A stretch of 63,957 nucleotides of DNA, counting the filler, from Octopus bimaculoides (Eukaryota): NCBI RefSeq assembly GCF_001194135.2. It is 7 parts of 7 records of this genome, joined end to end, with 100 filler letters (N's around TTAATTAATTAA, not from the genome) between each part and the next. Parts side by side here need not be neighbours in the genome. Positions count along the whole stretch, not along the records: positions 1 to 8,666 come from NW_026413941.1; positions 8,767 to 32,925 come from NC_069002.1; 5 more parts are not named here. One strand, given 5' to 3'. Positions 1 through 12,925 of the stretch are shown in pieces. Below the pieces are notes generated by a model that did no database searches, had not been told where the DNA came from, and saw only the letters and a program-made list of their open reading frames with translations. A program made the position numbers and the translations under genes. Within the stretch, counting starts at the first letter, position 1, and each line of letters opens with the position of its first letter.

Positions 1-39
<39 letters not shown>

Positions 40-683
40 ATACACATGCAACTTGCATACAATATGATTGTTCATTCCGCGGAGGTCGACTTTGCATTTC
101 ATCCTTTCGGGATCGATAAAATAAGTACCAGTTACGTACTGGGGTCGATCTAATAGACTGGCCACCATTCCGCCCCAACAAAAAATTTCGGGCCTTGTGC
201 GTAGAGTACAAAAGAATTTAATAGTTCACACGAAAGTTCATGTCTTCACGCACACAGGTACACACGCACACAGAGACATACACACACATACACATATACA
301 CAAACACAGACAGACACACACACATACACGCACACAAAAACACACACATACAGAGACACACTCAGAAAAACACGTAAAAACACGCAGACATACAGACACG
401 CATTCACATAGCGACACACGTACACTCACAGACACACACAACGTCTCACATACACACGGAGTGGTCTTTTGATCATAGAGAACCTTATCAGCCCCTTCAC
501 ATCCCAGATGTTCAAATCTTAATATCTCCTATGTGGGAGAATTATGTCTGAAAATATATCACACACCGAAACAGAAGAGGGGTTTATAGTAAGCTTTTGT
601 ATCTCTGTACCAATGTACAATACACACATTGTGTTATATATGTGCATATATATATATATATATATATGTGTATATATATATAT

Positions 684-714
<31 letters not shown>

Positions 715-1849
715 TAAAATATTTACTAGCAAAGGCTGACATAATATCTATCTATCTATCTACCTATATCTATATATCTAATCTATATTGTGTATTATAT
801 TTCTACGTGTGTAAAATATAGAAATGTATACATGGATATTCATGCATAATATATGCCTACACACACACACACGCACACACACACACACACACATATTTAT
901 TTGTCTATTCATATATATGTATGTATGTATATACTTACGTATATATATGAGGAAGGGAGAAAGGGGAACGTGTCTAGAGGTGCAGATATATACATATACA
1001 TGTAGATATCTATATATATATATACATGTGTGTGTGTGTGTATATATATACATGCATATTTATGTACACACACACACGCACACACAAACACACATATATA
1101 CATACATGTATACTTNNNNNNNNNNCACACGCACACACACACACACACACATATTTATTTGTCTATTCATATATATGTATGTATGTATATACTTACGTAT
1201 ATATATGAGGAAGGGAGAAAGGGGAACGTGTCTAGAGGTGCAGATATATACATATACATGTAGATATCTATATATATATATACATGTGTGTGTGTGTGTA
1301 TATATATACATGCATATTTATGTACACACACACACGCACACACAAACACACATATATACATACATGTATACTTGCATATAAATTTATATATATATATATA
1401 TGCATACCTATATATATGTATATAAATGTGTATATATATATATATATGTATATATATATACACGTACATACATCCATGCATATATATATATGTATCTATC
1501 TCCCTATCTATCGATATGTATATACTCTTTTACTTGTTTCAGTCATTTGACTGCGGCCATGCTGGAGCACCATATATATATTTGTATATACATATATATA
1601 TATCTGTGTAAATATGTGCATATGTATACGTATGCAAATACATGTTTGTGTGTGCATATATGTATGTATGTGTGCTTGTCTGTATGCGTGTGCATACCAT
1701 TCCCGAGGTATCGATGATAATTAGGAAGTATTTCATTCTATATAATGGATTGATTGAAGACATATTGAATAGATTCGATGTATTGTCGAAAATCCCACGG
1801 GTATTTTAAACTTTTGAACATGTTAGCAATGCACACACACACAGAGACA

Positions 1850-1896
<47 letters not shown>

Positions 1897-2085
1897 TCCT
1901 CTTCAACCTTTTACACACACACACACACACATATATATATACACACATATACATACCTATATATACATATACATGTATGCATGTGTATGTATGTATATAC
2001 CTATTCTCATATACGAGCATATATGTATCTATATACTGATATATCCATATATATATACACACGCATACACACATGCATATATGTA

Positions 2086-2136
<51 letters not shown>

Positions 2137-2810
2137 ATATTTATATATACACATATATATAAAAATGTATNNNNNNNNNNNNNNNNNNNNNNNNNNNNNN
2201 NNNNNNNNNNNNNNNNNNNNNNNNNNNNNNNNNNNNNNNNNNNNNNNNNNNNNNNNNNNNNNNNNNNNNNNNNNNNNNNNNNNNNNNNNNNNNNNNNNNN
2301 NNNNNNNNNNNNNNNNNNNNNNNNNNNNNNNNNNNNNNNNNNNNNNNNNNNNNNNNNNNNNNNNNNNNNNNNNNNNNNNNNNNNNNNNNNNNNNNNNNNN
2401 NNNNNNNNNNNNNNNNNNNNNNNNNNNNNNNNNNNNNNNNNNNNNNNNNNNNNNNNNNNNNNNNNNNNNNNNNNNNNNNNNNNNNNNNNNNNNNNNNNNN
2501 NNNNNNNNNNNNNNNNNNNNNNNNNNNNNNNNNNNNNNNNNNNNNNNNNNNNNNNNNNNNNNNNNNNNNNNNNNNNNNNNNNNNNNNNNNNNNNATATAT
2601 ATAATGATATACATACATACATAAATATATATGTATATATAATATGATATATTTATATATATGCATATATATATAGATACAGATATATATATATATACAT
2701 ATATAATGATATACATACATACATATATGTGTGTGTATATGCGTATATGCATGTATTTGTGTATATCTGTATGTGTATATGTATGTTTGTTTTCACATTT
2801 AAAATACAAA
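1..2810. repeat. Compound microsatellite field (TG/CA, TA, TATG, TATC) with gaps
   Basis: Direct inspection. The ORFs here are HT/YI/CV dipeptide runs typical of dinucleotide repeats. Confidence 0.95.
76..218 (+). mobile_element. SINE family B fragment (Meta-domain-like core)
   Basis: Contains gaggtcgactttgcatttcatcctttcgggatcgataaaataagtaccagtt, shared with many copies in the window. Confidence 0.8.
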
Positions 2811-2984
2811 TGTTTCTTTATAAAAAAAAAACAAAAAAAAACGTGTAAAATTTTTCGAAACCATAAACAACATTCAGAAACTCCACCCTACTTTCATATG
2901 GAATAACAGCAAAATCTGCAAATCATTTCTGGCACCAGAAAATACCAATATTCTTTCACTAATATTTCAATGGTTCTTGGGCTG

Positions 2985-3715
2985 CCAGCTGGGAGAATCG
3001 TTAACACGCCGGGCGAAATGCTTAGCGGTATTTCGTCCGTTTTTATGTTCTGAGTTCAAATTCTGTCGATGCCTTTAATCCTCTCGGTGTCGATCTAATC
3101 GACTGGCCTCCTTACCCCAAAATTTCGGGCTCTGTACAAATATTTCATTAGTTCCCCCCAAAATAATCAAGGTTTTCGAATATTCTTTGAACAATTTGGC
3201 CTCAAGCCAATGGCTGCCCAGATATTTTCTAAGGAATTCAAATCTGGACCCTGAGACCCTAATTTTCAGATTGTTTGTCCTCAATGAATTTTTGTTCCCC
3301 ATATGGTTTAAGAACACTATCATTTTCACATCCACCCATTTTGTCTCCTGAAGGTTTTAGCGGGTGTAGCCCCTCAGAGTTTCCGGTTGGATTCCCAAGC
3401 ATGACGGATGAGACTAAGCCTACTATGCACAAGGCCCGAAATTTTGGGGGGAGGGGGGGCAGTCGATTAGATCGACCCTAGTGCGCAACTGGTACTTAAT
3501 TTATCGACCCTGGTGGCACATATCTGTGAGACTAGAATATTCTTTTCTGTTCTAGGCACAAGGCCCGAAATTTTTGGGTCCAGTCGATCAGATCGACTCC
3601 AGTACGCAACTGGTAGTTATTTAATCGACCCCGAAAGGATGAAAGTCGACCTCGGTGGAATTTGAGCTCAGAACATAAAGAGAAGACGAAATACCACTAA
3701 GCGTTTCGCCGCCTT
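2985..3715. mobile_element. SINE family B copies (+ at ~2985-3140; - cluster at ~3425-3715)
   Basis: Head gctgggagaatcgttaacacgccgggcgaaatgcttagc; inverted copies of the gtaccagtt/ccccgaaaggatgaaag core. Confidence 0.8.
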
Positions 3716-4460
3716 ATTTCGACCTTATGTATTCACAATCGTATTCTTTCGTTCGTTATCCAGCATTCGTGACCCTTGTTTTTCTTCGCAAAATTAATTT
3801 CTTTATTCATTCATGCGTTGCGCGCAGAACAACGAAAGTGCCACACAATAACGTACCTATTTATTCTTAACACATTTCGGCAGGTTCGAACATGAAAATC
3901 TAATTGCTGTTGTGTGTCCTCATCGGAGAACACCAACACCTTCAGACGAAGAGGAGCTGTTTTCGATTGACGGAAATTACAGCCAACAACATATTACGTT
4001 CGAATCTGTGTGACCTAATTATCTGTTTAGCAGACACCAGGACATATCGACAGATATTTTCTTTGTTGATTCCTATCAACACAATCATGTGCTCTTCTCG
4101 GACTCATCGGCCTCGTGGGAGATAGTTTGTCTGAGGAGACACTCAATACGTTCGAAACGATGTGAAGTCTGAAAGACCTCTAACACCAACAAAATGTGTG
4201 TTGTTTTATGAACACACATTGTCTACAGGGAGAATGGGTTCTCCGGTGACTAAAAGCAACAGCGATCAGCATATTCACGCGCGAATCTGTGGGAATTAAG
4301 TATTTGTTTAGCAGACTTCAGGACATATCAGAAGATATTTTCTTTGTTGATTCCTATAAACAGAATCTCGTGCTCTTGTCAGATTAATTGGCCCTGAGGG
4401 AAGTAGTCGGGTCGATACCGCGACACAGTTATATATACATATGTATATGTATGCATGTAT

Positions 4461-4863
4461 ACTCTTTTACTTATTTCAGACATTTGACTGTGGCCATGCT
4501 GGAGCACCGCCTTAGTCGAGCAAATCGAGCCCAGGACTTATTCTTTGGAAGCCTAGTACTTATTCTATCGGTCTCTTTTGCTGAACCGCTAAGTTACTGG
4601 GACGTAAACACACCAGCATCGGTTGTCAAGCGATGTTGGGTGGACAAATACGGACACACAAACATACACACACACACACATATATATATATATACACACA
4701 TACAACAGGTTTCTTTCAGTTTCCGTCTACCAAATCCACTCACAAGGCTTTGGTCTGCCCGAGGCTATAGTAGAAGACACTTGCCCAAGGTGCCATGCAG
4801 TGGGACTCAACCCGGAACCATGTCGTTGGTAAGCAAGCTACGAACCACACAGCCACTCCTGTG
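4461..4863 (-). mobile_element. SINE family A, full length (tRNA head, CORE-like segment, internal TA/TG microsatellite, unique tail)
   Basis: Matches the copies at 23275-23674, 28351-28760 and 55565-55922 end to end. Confidence 0.9.
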
Positions 4864-5029
4864 TGCATGTATGTGTAGGTGTGTGTGTGTGTGCAACGGA
4901 CTTCCTTCTACGACGGCATTGGTCGGCTCGTAGGCTTATAATATCAAAAACCTACACCACACGAGATGGCGCTCACATAGACAGAACCCGAAACCTCACA
5001 GATGCCAAACCGTTTCTTCTTAACCGCAT

Positions 5030-5335
5030 GGCCATTTCCTTCTTCGGTGAAGAACACAGAAATCTCGTTCTTCCTTCATGTGCCATTTGTACCAAGAGCT
5101 GTTCGTGGCTCTAAGCACCATCAGAAGTTTCCTTCCTTTCGCAGAAGAACCAGTTTTCTGGAAGATTAGGTCTATTCTGTTAATGGCAACGCAAAGAAAG
5201 AGGGATTTTCCTTGTTGTCGGAAGAATTCTTTTGGATAACCGAATATTGCTCTGACTGATTCGCCGTAGAATAACGATTTCATTGTTAATATCCATATCA
5301 GCATGACGATTCCATTATTTCTTTGAAGGTATATC
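5030..5335 (-). mobile_element. Highly degenerate RTE-like LINE fragment
   Basis: One minus frame reads MDINNEIVILRRISQSNIRLSKRI, resembling the RTE post-RT motif DIDxEIxxRIxxAxxAFGRLxKRI. Frameshifted. Confidence 0.35.
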
Positions 5336-5339
5336 AAAC

Positions 5340-5671
5340 ACACACACACGCACACTAACACACACACACACACACACACACATTTCATACACAATCAAAT
5401 ATCACACTCACGCACACAAACACACATAAACACACGCACACAAACACACATTTATACAAACAAACACACACGCACACATACATGCACACAAGCAAACACA
5501 CATAAACACACGCAAATACACACACACACGATCGTACACTCGCACGCACATACACAGGCAGATAGAAACACACACACATATACACAGAATACACACACGC
5601 TCACACATACACACACGTACACACTCATACACATGCACACACGTAAATACATACAAAACACAGAAACATAA

Positions 5672-5704
<33 letters not shown>

Positions 5705-6350
5705 TACACGCGCACATACATACACACACGTAGGAAAGCACACATGCATGTCATCATACACACGCGCATACAAACACACACAGGTAAATGCATACATACA
5801 TATACACATATATATATACACACACACACACACTCATACATTCATACACACATAAATACATACATGCATACATACATACATACAGACACACACNNNNNNN
5901 NNNCACACGTAGGAAAGCACACATGCATGTCATCATACACACGCGCATACAAAGACACACAGGTAAATGCATACATACATATACACATATATATACACAC
6001 ACACACACACACATACATTCATACACACATAAATACATGCATGCATACATACACACATACAGACACACACACTCAAACATATGCACATACACACGCACAC
6101 AGACACACATAACGCAAACTCACGCACAATTATACGCATACATACACGCACGCACACACACACACACATATATACTCATGCACACACGCACATATATTCG
6201 CATGCACACACACATATTTACTCTTGCATACACACACATACGCATGCACACACACGCAAGCGTACACAGGTACAGCCACAAACATACCCTATGCACAAAC
6301 ACACACACACATATTCGCACAAACACACTGAGAAATATACACATACACAT
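5340..6350. repeat. CA/TACA-rich compound microsatellite
   Basis: Direct inspection. Confidence 0.95.
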
Positions 6351-8550
6351 CCTGATTTAATTCATATCTCTAGTGTGATTTAGCCTCAACAACTCATTTA
6401 AACATCAAAAGTGCTTTCGTGTTGATTTCCGTTTCGCTACCCGAAACCTAACCCTTACTCCCTAATCCTTACCCCTAACCTTTGATGAAGTTTTCAATGA
6501 TTTTTGTATATATATATATAGCAAATTTTAGAGGTAATACTTGATAATTGTAAGCACCTGTATATGCCAGATAGTGGCCGAGGTGAAAGAATATATTAAA
6601 AACGTAAAATTAAAACAAAACACAAAGGATTCCACCACGGAATTCTNNNNNNNNNNNNNNNNNNNNNNNNNNNNNNNNNNNNNNNNNNNNNNNNNNNNNN
6701 NNNNNNNNNNNNNNNNNNNNNNNNNNNNNNNNNNNNNNNNNNNNNNNNNNNNNNNNNNNNNNNNNNNNNNNNNNNNNNNNNNNNNNNNNNNNNNNNNNNN
6801 NNNNNNNNNNNNNNNNNNNNNNNNNNNNNNNNNNNNNNNNNNNNNNNNNNNNNNNNNNNNNNNNNNNNNNNNNNNNNNNNNNNNNNNNNNNNNNNNNNNN
6901 NNNNNNNNNNNNNNNNNNNNNNNNNNNNNNNNNNNNNNNNNNNNNNNNNNNNNNNNNNNNNNNNNNNNNNNNNNNNNNNNNNNNNNNNNNNNNNNNNNNN
7001 NNNNNNNNNNNNNNNNNNNNNNNNNNNNNNNNNNNNNNNNNNNNNNNNNNNNNNNNNNNNNNNNNNNNNNNNNNNNNNNNNNNNNNNNNNNNNNNNNNNN
7101 NNNNNNNNNNNNNNNNNNNNNNNNNNNNNNNNNNNNNNNNNNNNNNNNNNNNNNNNNNNNNNNNNNNNNNNNNNNNNNNNNNNNNNNNNNNNNNNNNNNN
7201 NNNNNNNNNNNNNNNNNNNNNNNNNNNNNNNNNNNNNNNNNNNNNNNNNNNNNNNNNNNNNNNNNNNNNNNNNNNNNNNNNNNNNNNNNNNNNNNNNNNN
7301 NNNNNNNNNNNNNNNNNNNNNNNNNNNNNNNNNNNNNNNNNNNNNNNNNNNNNNNNNNNNNNNNNNNNNNNNNNNNNNNNNNNNNNNNNNNNNNNNNNNN
7401 NNNNNNNNNNNNNNNNNNNNNNNNNNNNNNNNNNNNNNNNNNNNNNNNNNNNNNNNNNNNNNNNNNNNNNNNNNNNNNNNNNNNNNNNNNNNNNNNNNNN
7501 NNNNNNNNNNNNNNNNNNNNNNNNNNNNNNNNNNNNNNNNNNNNNNNNNNNNNNNNNNNNNNNNNNNNGGTTGTGGCGTTTTATTTTTCTTCTTCCGATT
7601 AAAAATGTTATCGAGTGCGTTGTTTGCGTAAGAAGCTTACGTTGCAAACACGTGGGCTTGAGGTTCAATCCCACCGCTTGGCACTTTAGGGAAAAGTGAG
7701 GTCTGCAGCAGTCTCCGAGCCGACTAATGCTTTATGACTGAAGCTGGTAGATGGAACCAGCGTTTCTTTCGTTGTTTGCAAAAATAAAAAAAAAAAAAAT
7801 CATATTCCATGGATTTGTATTCGTATCTCGTTTTCGTATTTTATGTTGTTTACGTTCTGTGACGTCCTGTGCCCATATATGCATATGTATATACATATAT
7901 ACATATACATAAGGCGTAGGAGTAGCTGTGTGGTAAGTAACTTAATTACGAACCACATGGTTTCGGATTCAGTCCCGCTGCATAGCACTTTTGGTCAGCC
8001 TGAGGCTATAGTAGAAGTCACTTGCCCAAGGTGGCACGCAGTGGGAGTGAACCCAGAACCATGTGGTCGGGAAGCAAGCTTCTGACCACACAGCCACGCC
8101 TACACCTATATAATAATAATAATAATAATAATAATGATAATCCATGGACAGAATTTATAAATAGTTTAATACATCGCTACGCGCGTTTCGATGACTCGCA
8201 TATTTCTGAAGACTATAGTCTGATATGTACGTATGAATGTATGTCATTGTTCAGTTTTATTTCAAGATTTGTTGCCAATAGAGACAGAGCCGGTTTCTAA
8301 CCTAGATCCGAGACTCCTTTATTGGAATTTCAACATCAACAACAGGGCATCTATGTATGTATGCATGTATGTCAGCCACATAAGGACTTGCTCCTGGTGA
8401 GCAAAGCATATATAAATAGCAACCAAATCGCCCTACAGCCTCCTTTAAAAGTACACGTAAAAACCTGCATACGCACTTTTTATGCACGCCAAGGGAGCCA
8501 CACGCACCAGAACTACCATACATGAGCGCATACATGTATATGTCTATCTG

Positions 8551-8582
<32 letters not shown>

Positions 8583-8666
8583 GTAATCTATCTATCAATC
8601 TATCTATTTCTCTCTCTCTCTCTCTAGCTATCTATCTGAACATATATCTATATCTATCTATCTATC

Positions 8667-8766
8667 NNNNNNNNNNNNNNNNNNNNNNNNNNNNNNNNNN
8701 NNNNNNNNNNTTAATTAATTAANNNNNNNNNNNNNNNNNNNNNNNNNNNNNNNNNNNNNNNNNNNN
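8667..8766. other. Scaffolding spacer N44-TTAATTAATTAA-N44 (also near 32970, 42423, 57535, 60007 and 62895)
   Basis: An identical 12-mer sits centred in six gaps; assembly artefact. Confidence 0.95.
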
Positions 8767-8803
8767 TTCAAATTACGATTTTCCTCCAAAAGTTCTTCAA
8801 GTC
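8767..8803 (-). CDS. IAP-like gene: pre-RING exon (5' part; remainder lost in gap)
   Basis: Strong acceptor tttctttttctttctctttttag|GACTT. Joined in phase 1 to the exon ending at 9432 it reads R-L-E-E-L-L-E-E-N-R-N-L-K, the helix that precedes the IAP C-terminal RING. Confidence 0.78.
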
Positions 8804-8979
8804 CTAAAAAGAGAAAGAAAAAGAAACATTACAAATATAGTTGACAATAGTTATTAGGGATGCATGTAAACTTGTTAGCCATCAGATCAACAAATAGATA
8901 GAGAGGAAGGCTTTGTTTGGGATGAAATATATATATAGAGGGAAATCGAAATCGTAATTGAACCATATTTGATGACCAG

Positions 8980-9235
8980 CACCTGTGTCAGTGGAGCACT
9001 ATCGCCACCGCCCAAGCGTGATCATTGCCAGAGCAGTTGTCTGGCTTTCGTGCTAGTGGCACGTAAATAGCACCATTTGAGCGTGATCATTACCAGCATC
9101 GCCTTACTGGCACATTAGAAAATCATTCGAGTGAGGTCGCTGCCAATGCCGCTGGACTGGCTCCTGTGCAGGTGGTACATAAAAAACACCATTTTGAGTG
9201 TGACCGTTGCCAGTACCACGTGACTGGCCCTTAGT
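8980..9235 (+). repeat. Array of ~65-70 bp subrepeats (VNTR of family D) in the IAP intron
   Basis: Repeats of accatttgagcgtgatcattgccag...actggc...gtggcac, the same unit found at the 5' side of family D copies. Confidence 0.75.
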
Positions 9236-9431
9236 ACATCAGAAAAGATGTACTGGGGTTAATTCAGTTGACTAAAAATTCTTCAAAGTGGTGCCCCAGC
9301 ACGGTCACATTATAATAACTGAAACAAGTAAATGATACAAGATCTAGACACACACAGAGTAGATGTGTGTAGTGTAAGACAACAAATTGTTATATTCCCA
9401 GAATGAAAATCAGCGAAAGACAAAAACTTAC

Positions 9432-10949
9432 TCCTTTTTTCTTCAGATTCAGCAGAGTCTTCTTTGCCGTCTTTCGATTCGAGTGTATCGTCGAGTTTGG
9501 TCGTGAACGGCGAAGACGTGTCCGTGTCATCACCTTCCTTCTCCAGACTGCCGATAGACGGCGCCGTTACACTGGACTGGGCCTTGCTTTCCCCACTCAC
9601 CGACACAGGAGGCAGCTCATTGATGATCTGGGGAGGGGGAGGAGGTGGTGGTGGCGGAGGGGGCGNNNNNNNNNNNNNNNNNNNNNNNNNNNNNNNNNNN
9701 NNNNNNNNNNNNNNNNNNNNNNNNNNNNNNNNNNNNNNNNNNNNNNNNNNNNNNNNNNNNNNNNNNNNNNNNNNNNNNNNNNNNNNNNNNNNNNNNNNNN
9801 NNNNNNNNNNNNNNNNNNNNNNNNNNNNNNNNNNNNNNNNNNNNNNNNNNNNNNNNNNNNNNNNNNNNNNNNNNNNNNNNNNNNNNNNNNNNNNNNNNNN
9901 NNNNNNNNNNNNNNNNNNNNNNNNNNNNNNNNNNNNNNNNNNNNNNNNNNNNNNNNNNNNNNNNNNNNNNNNNNNNNNNNNNNNNNNNNNNNNNNNNNNN
10001 NNNNNNNNNNNNNNNNNNNNNNNNNNNNNNNNNNNNNNNNNNNNNNNNNNNNNNNNNNNNNNNNNNNNNNNNNNNNNNNNNNNNNNNNNNNNNNNNNNNN
10101 NNNNNNNNNNNNNNNNNNNNNNNNNNNNNNNNNNNNNNNNNNNNNNNNNNNNNNNNNNNNNNNNNNNNNNNNNNNNNNNNNNNNNNNNNNNNNNNNNNNN
10201 NNNNNNNNNNNNNNNNNNNNNNNNNNNNNNNNNNNNNNNNNNNNNNNNNNNNNNNNNNNNNNNNNNNNNNNNNNNNNNNNNNNNNNNNNNNNNNNNNNNN
10301 NNNNNNNNNNNNNNNNNNNNNNNNNNNNNNNNNNNNNNNNNNNNNNNNNNNNNNNNNNNNNNNNNNNNNNNNNNNGAATGAAGTTGGTGTGGGTGGGGAG
10401 GCAGCGGGGACTGAGGTGGGGCCGATAACGCAACTTGTACTTCACCTGGTGAAGGTGGTGAAGACAGTTGCTGCTGCTGCTGCTGCTGGTGGTGTTGCTG
10501 CTGTTGTTGTTGTTGTTGTTGATGATGTTGTTGTTGTTGTTGTTGTTGATGATGCTGCATTGATGCTGGCAGCTGTGGGTGTGGCTGCATGTGCAACTGC
10601 TGTTGCGAAGGTGGAGATAATGTCTGTTGCTGTTGCAGCTGCTGCTGCTGTTGTTGTTGCTGCTGCAGCTGCATGGTTGCTAACGGCAACAATGAGCTTG
10701 ACGAAGGTTGCAAATGTGAAGGAGAAGGGAGGGGCTGTTGCGCAGAAGTACTCCTGATTGCATGTGTGAGTACAGACCCACCTGCAGCAGCGGCTGCAAT
10801 TGAAGACGACGACGATGACGAGGAGGAGGAGGAGGAGGAGGAGGAGGAGGAGGAGGATGACTGCTGTGGTTGTGGTGGTGGTAGCTGTTGGTGGTGATGG
10901 TGGTGATGGTGTTGTTGTTGCTGCTGCTGCTGCTGTTGTTGTTGTTGTT
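9432..10949 (-). CDS. IAP-like gene: large low-complexity exon (polyQ/H/S/P plus acidic tail); contains a ~710-N gap and continues into the next gap
   Basis: Each sequenced part is open in one frame (QQQ..HHHHHHHQQLPPPQPQQSSSS..AAAAAGGS..MQLQQQ..; PPPPPPPQIINELPPVSVSG..EDSAESEEKR). Consensus donor A|GTAAGT at 9431-9426, phase-compatible with the pre-RING exon. Confidence 0.8.
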
Positions 10950-11868
10950 NNNNNNNNNNNNNNNNNNNNNNNNNNNNNNNNNNNNNNNNNNNNNNNNNNN
11001 NNNNNNNNNNNNNNNNNNNNNNNNNNNNNNNNNNNNNNNNNNNNNNNNNNNNNNNNNNNNNNNNNNNNNNNNNNNNNNNNNNNNNNNNNNNNNNNNNNNN
11101 NNNNNNNNNNNNNNNNNNNNNNNNNNNNNNNNNNNNNNNNNNNNNNNNNNNNNNNNNNNNNNNNNNNNNNNNNNNNNNNNNNNNNNNNNNNNNNNNNNNN
11201 NNNNNNNNNNNNNNNNNNNNNNNNNNNNNNNNNNNNNNNNNNNNNNNNNNNNNNNNNNNNNNNNNNNNNNNNNNNNNNNNNNNNNNNNNNNNNNNNNNNN
11301 NNNNNNNNNNNNNNNNNNNNNNNNNNNNNNNNNNNNNNNNNNNNNNNNNNNNNNNNNNNNNNNNNNNNNNNNNNNNNNNNNNNNNNNNNNNNNNNNNNNN
11401 NNNNNNNNNNNNNNNNNNNNNNNNNNNNNNNNNNNNNNNNNNNNNNNNNNNNNNNNNNNNNNNNNNNNNNNNNNNNNNNNNNNNNNNNNNNNNNNNNNNN
11501 NNNNNNNNNNNNNNNNNNNNNNNNNNNNNNNNNNNNNNNNNNNNNNNNNNNNNNNNNNNNNNNNNNNNNNNNNNNNNNNNNNNNNNNNNNNNNNNNNNNN
11601 NNNNNNNNNNNNNNNNNNNNNNNNNNNNNNNNNNNNNNNNNNNNNNNNNNNNNNNNNNNNNNNNNNNNNNNNNNNNNNNNNNNNNNNNNNNNNNNNNNNN
11701 NNNNNNNNNNNNNNNNNNNNNNNNNNNNNNNNNNNNNNNNNNNNNNNNNNNNNNNNNNNNNNNNNNNNNNNNNNNNNNNNNNNNNNNNNNNNNNNNNNNN
11801 NNNNNNNNNNNNNNNNNNNNNNNNNNNNNNNNNNNNNNNNNNNNNNNNNNNNNNNNNNNNNNNNNNNN

Positions 11869-12215
11869 TGGAGGCGCAATGGCCCAGTGGTTAGGGCAGC
11901 GGACTCGCGATCATAGGATCGCGGTTTCGATACCCAGACCGGACGTTGTGAGTGTTTATTGAGCGAAAACACCTAAAGCTCCACAAGGCTCCGGCAGGGG
12001 ATGGTGGCGAACCCTGCTGCACTCTTCCACCACAACTTTCTCTCACTCTTACTTCCTGTTTCTGTTGTACCTGTAATTCAAAAGGTCAGCCTTGTCACAC
12101 TGTGTCACGCTGAATATCCCCGAGAACTACTTGCACGTTAATTTCACGAGCAGGCTGTTCTGTTGATCGGATCAACTGGAACCCTCGACGTCGTAATCGA
12201 CGGAGTGCCAACAAC
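11869..12215 (+). mobile_element. SINE family C (tRNA-derived, ~360 bp)
   Basis: A-box TGGCCCAGTGG and B-box-like GTTTCGATACC; near-identical to three other copies. Confidence 0.9.
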
Positions 12216-12229
12216 TATGGCAAGACAGA

Positions 12230-12530
12230 CTCACAAAGTGAGCCTTGCAGGAACAGGTGACCTTTTGGAAACCCAGATCAAGAAGAGGAAATAAGATTGG
12301 GATACACCCCACAGAAATCCCGTTTCTATCATTATAAGGTAAGCCTTCCAATAGACAACCCCAATGGAGACATGAAAGCATGGCAGACCAGAGAAAGTCC
12401 ACAGAAAATGAAGCACCAGCAGCCAGCTACACTTGGGGACAACTGCAATCTTGTGCCAAAGATTGAGAATGAAGGCAGTCTCTTGTTGGCATCCTATGCT
12501 CCACATGAAATCAAAAGAATTAAGAAATAC
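12230..12530 (+). mobile_element. Degenerate RTE-like LINE 3' end
   Basis: Frameshifted translation resembles WIGHTLRK...NPxGKRKRGRP and LxxDRxxWRSLVxAL. Confidence 0.4.
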
Positions 12531-12925
12531 CTAGAATTACATTATTAATGTGCCCTTTTTAAAGAAGGCTGGATGTGAGTTGAGTAAGATTTGGTTGCTA
12601 TTTCTAGCAGGTTGAACTACTGTGTAAAAGCTTCCCCTAGGGATCTTTCCAGTTGAGACACTGGAAACAAACTAAATTAAGTCAATATATCAGGTCCAAG
12701 GATAGGCCATGTGATTGAGTGAGAAGTTCATTCCACAGCCATGTGGTCCCAGCTTCAATCCCAATGCACAGCACCATGTGTAAGCAGAACTTGGTAGTCA
12801 GAAACTGGTTGGTTGGTGTGTGTGTGTGTGTGTGTGGAAAATTATAATTATTAGTATTTTACTAAAAATGGTCATGGATGTTGGGTAATAACAAAAGAGC
12901 ATGACTGCAAACACAAGCTGTTGAA

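Noticed and set aside
864-1365. Exact ~250-bp tandem duplication
   Set aside because: Identical copies flank a 10-N gap, typical of an unmerged contig overlap.
197-2809. Many 60-290 aa ORFs rich in H/T/Y/I/C/V, and long X-filled ORFs elsewhere
   Set aside because: Translations of dinucleotide repeats or of N runs.
5723-6070. ~170-bp near-identical duplication
   Set aside because: It flanks a 10-N gap with a few differences, most likely two haplotypes placed in tandem.
6440-6480. Telomere-like CCTAAC(C/T) repeats
   Set aside because: Only a few degenerate units, a common internal motif in dispersed repeats.
8711-8722. Recurrent TTAATTAATTAA motif
   Set aside because: Always centred in 100-bp gaps: a scaffolder spacer, not a piggyBac target or regulatory site.
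10589-10897. Plus-strand Cys/Glu-rich ORF (metallothionein-like appearance)
   Set aside because: Antisense shadow of the CAG/CAA/TCC codons of the minus-strand IAP exon.
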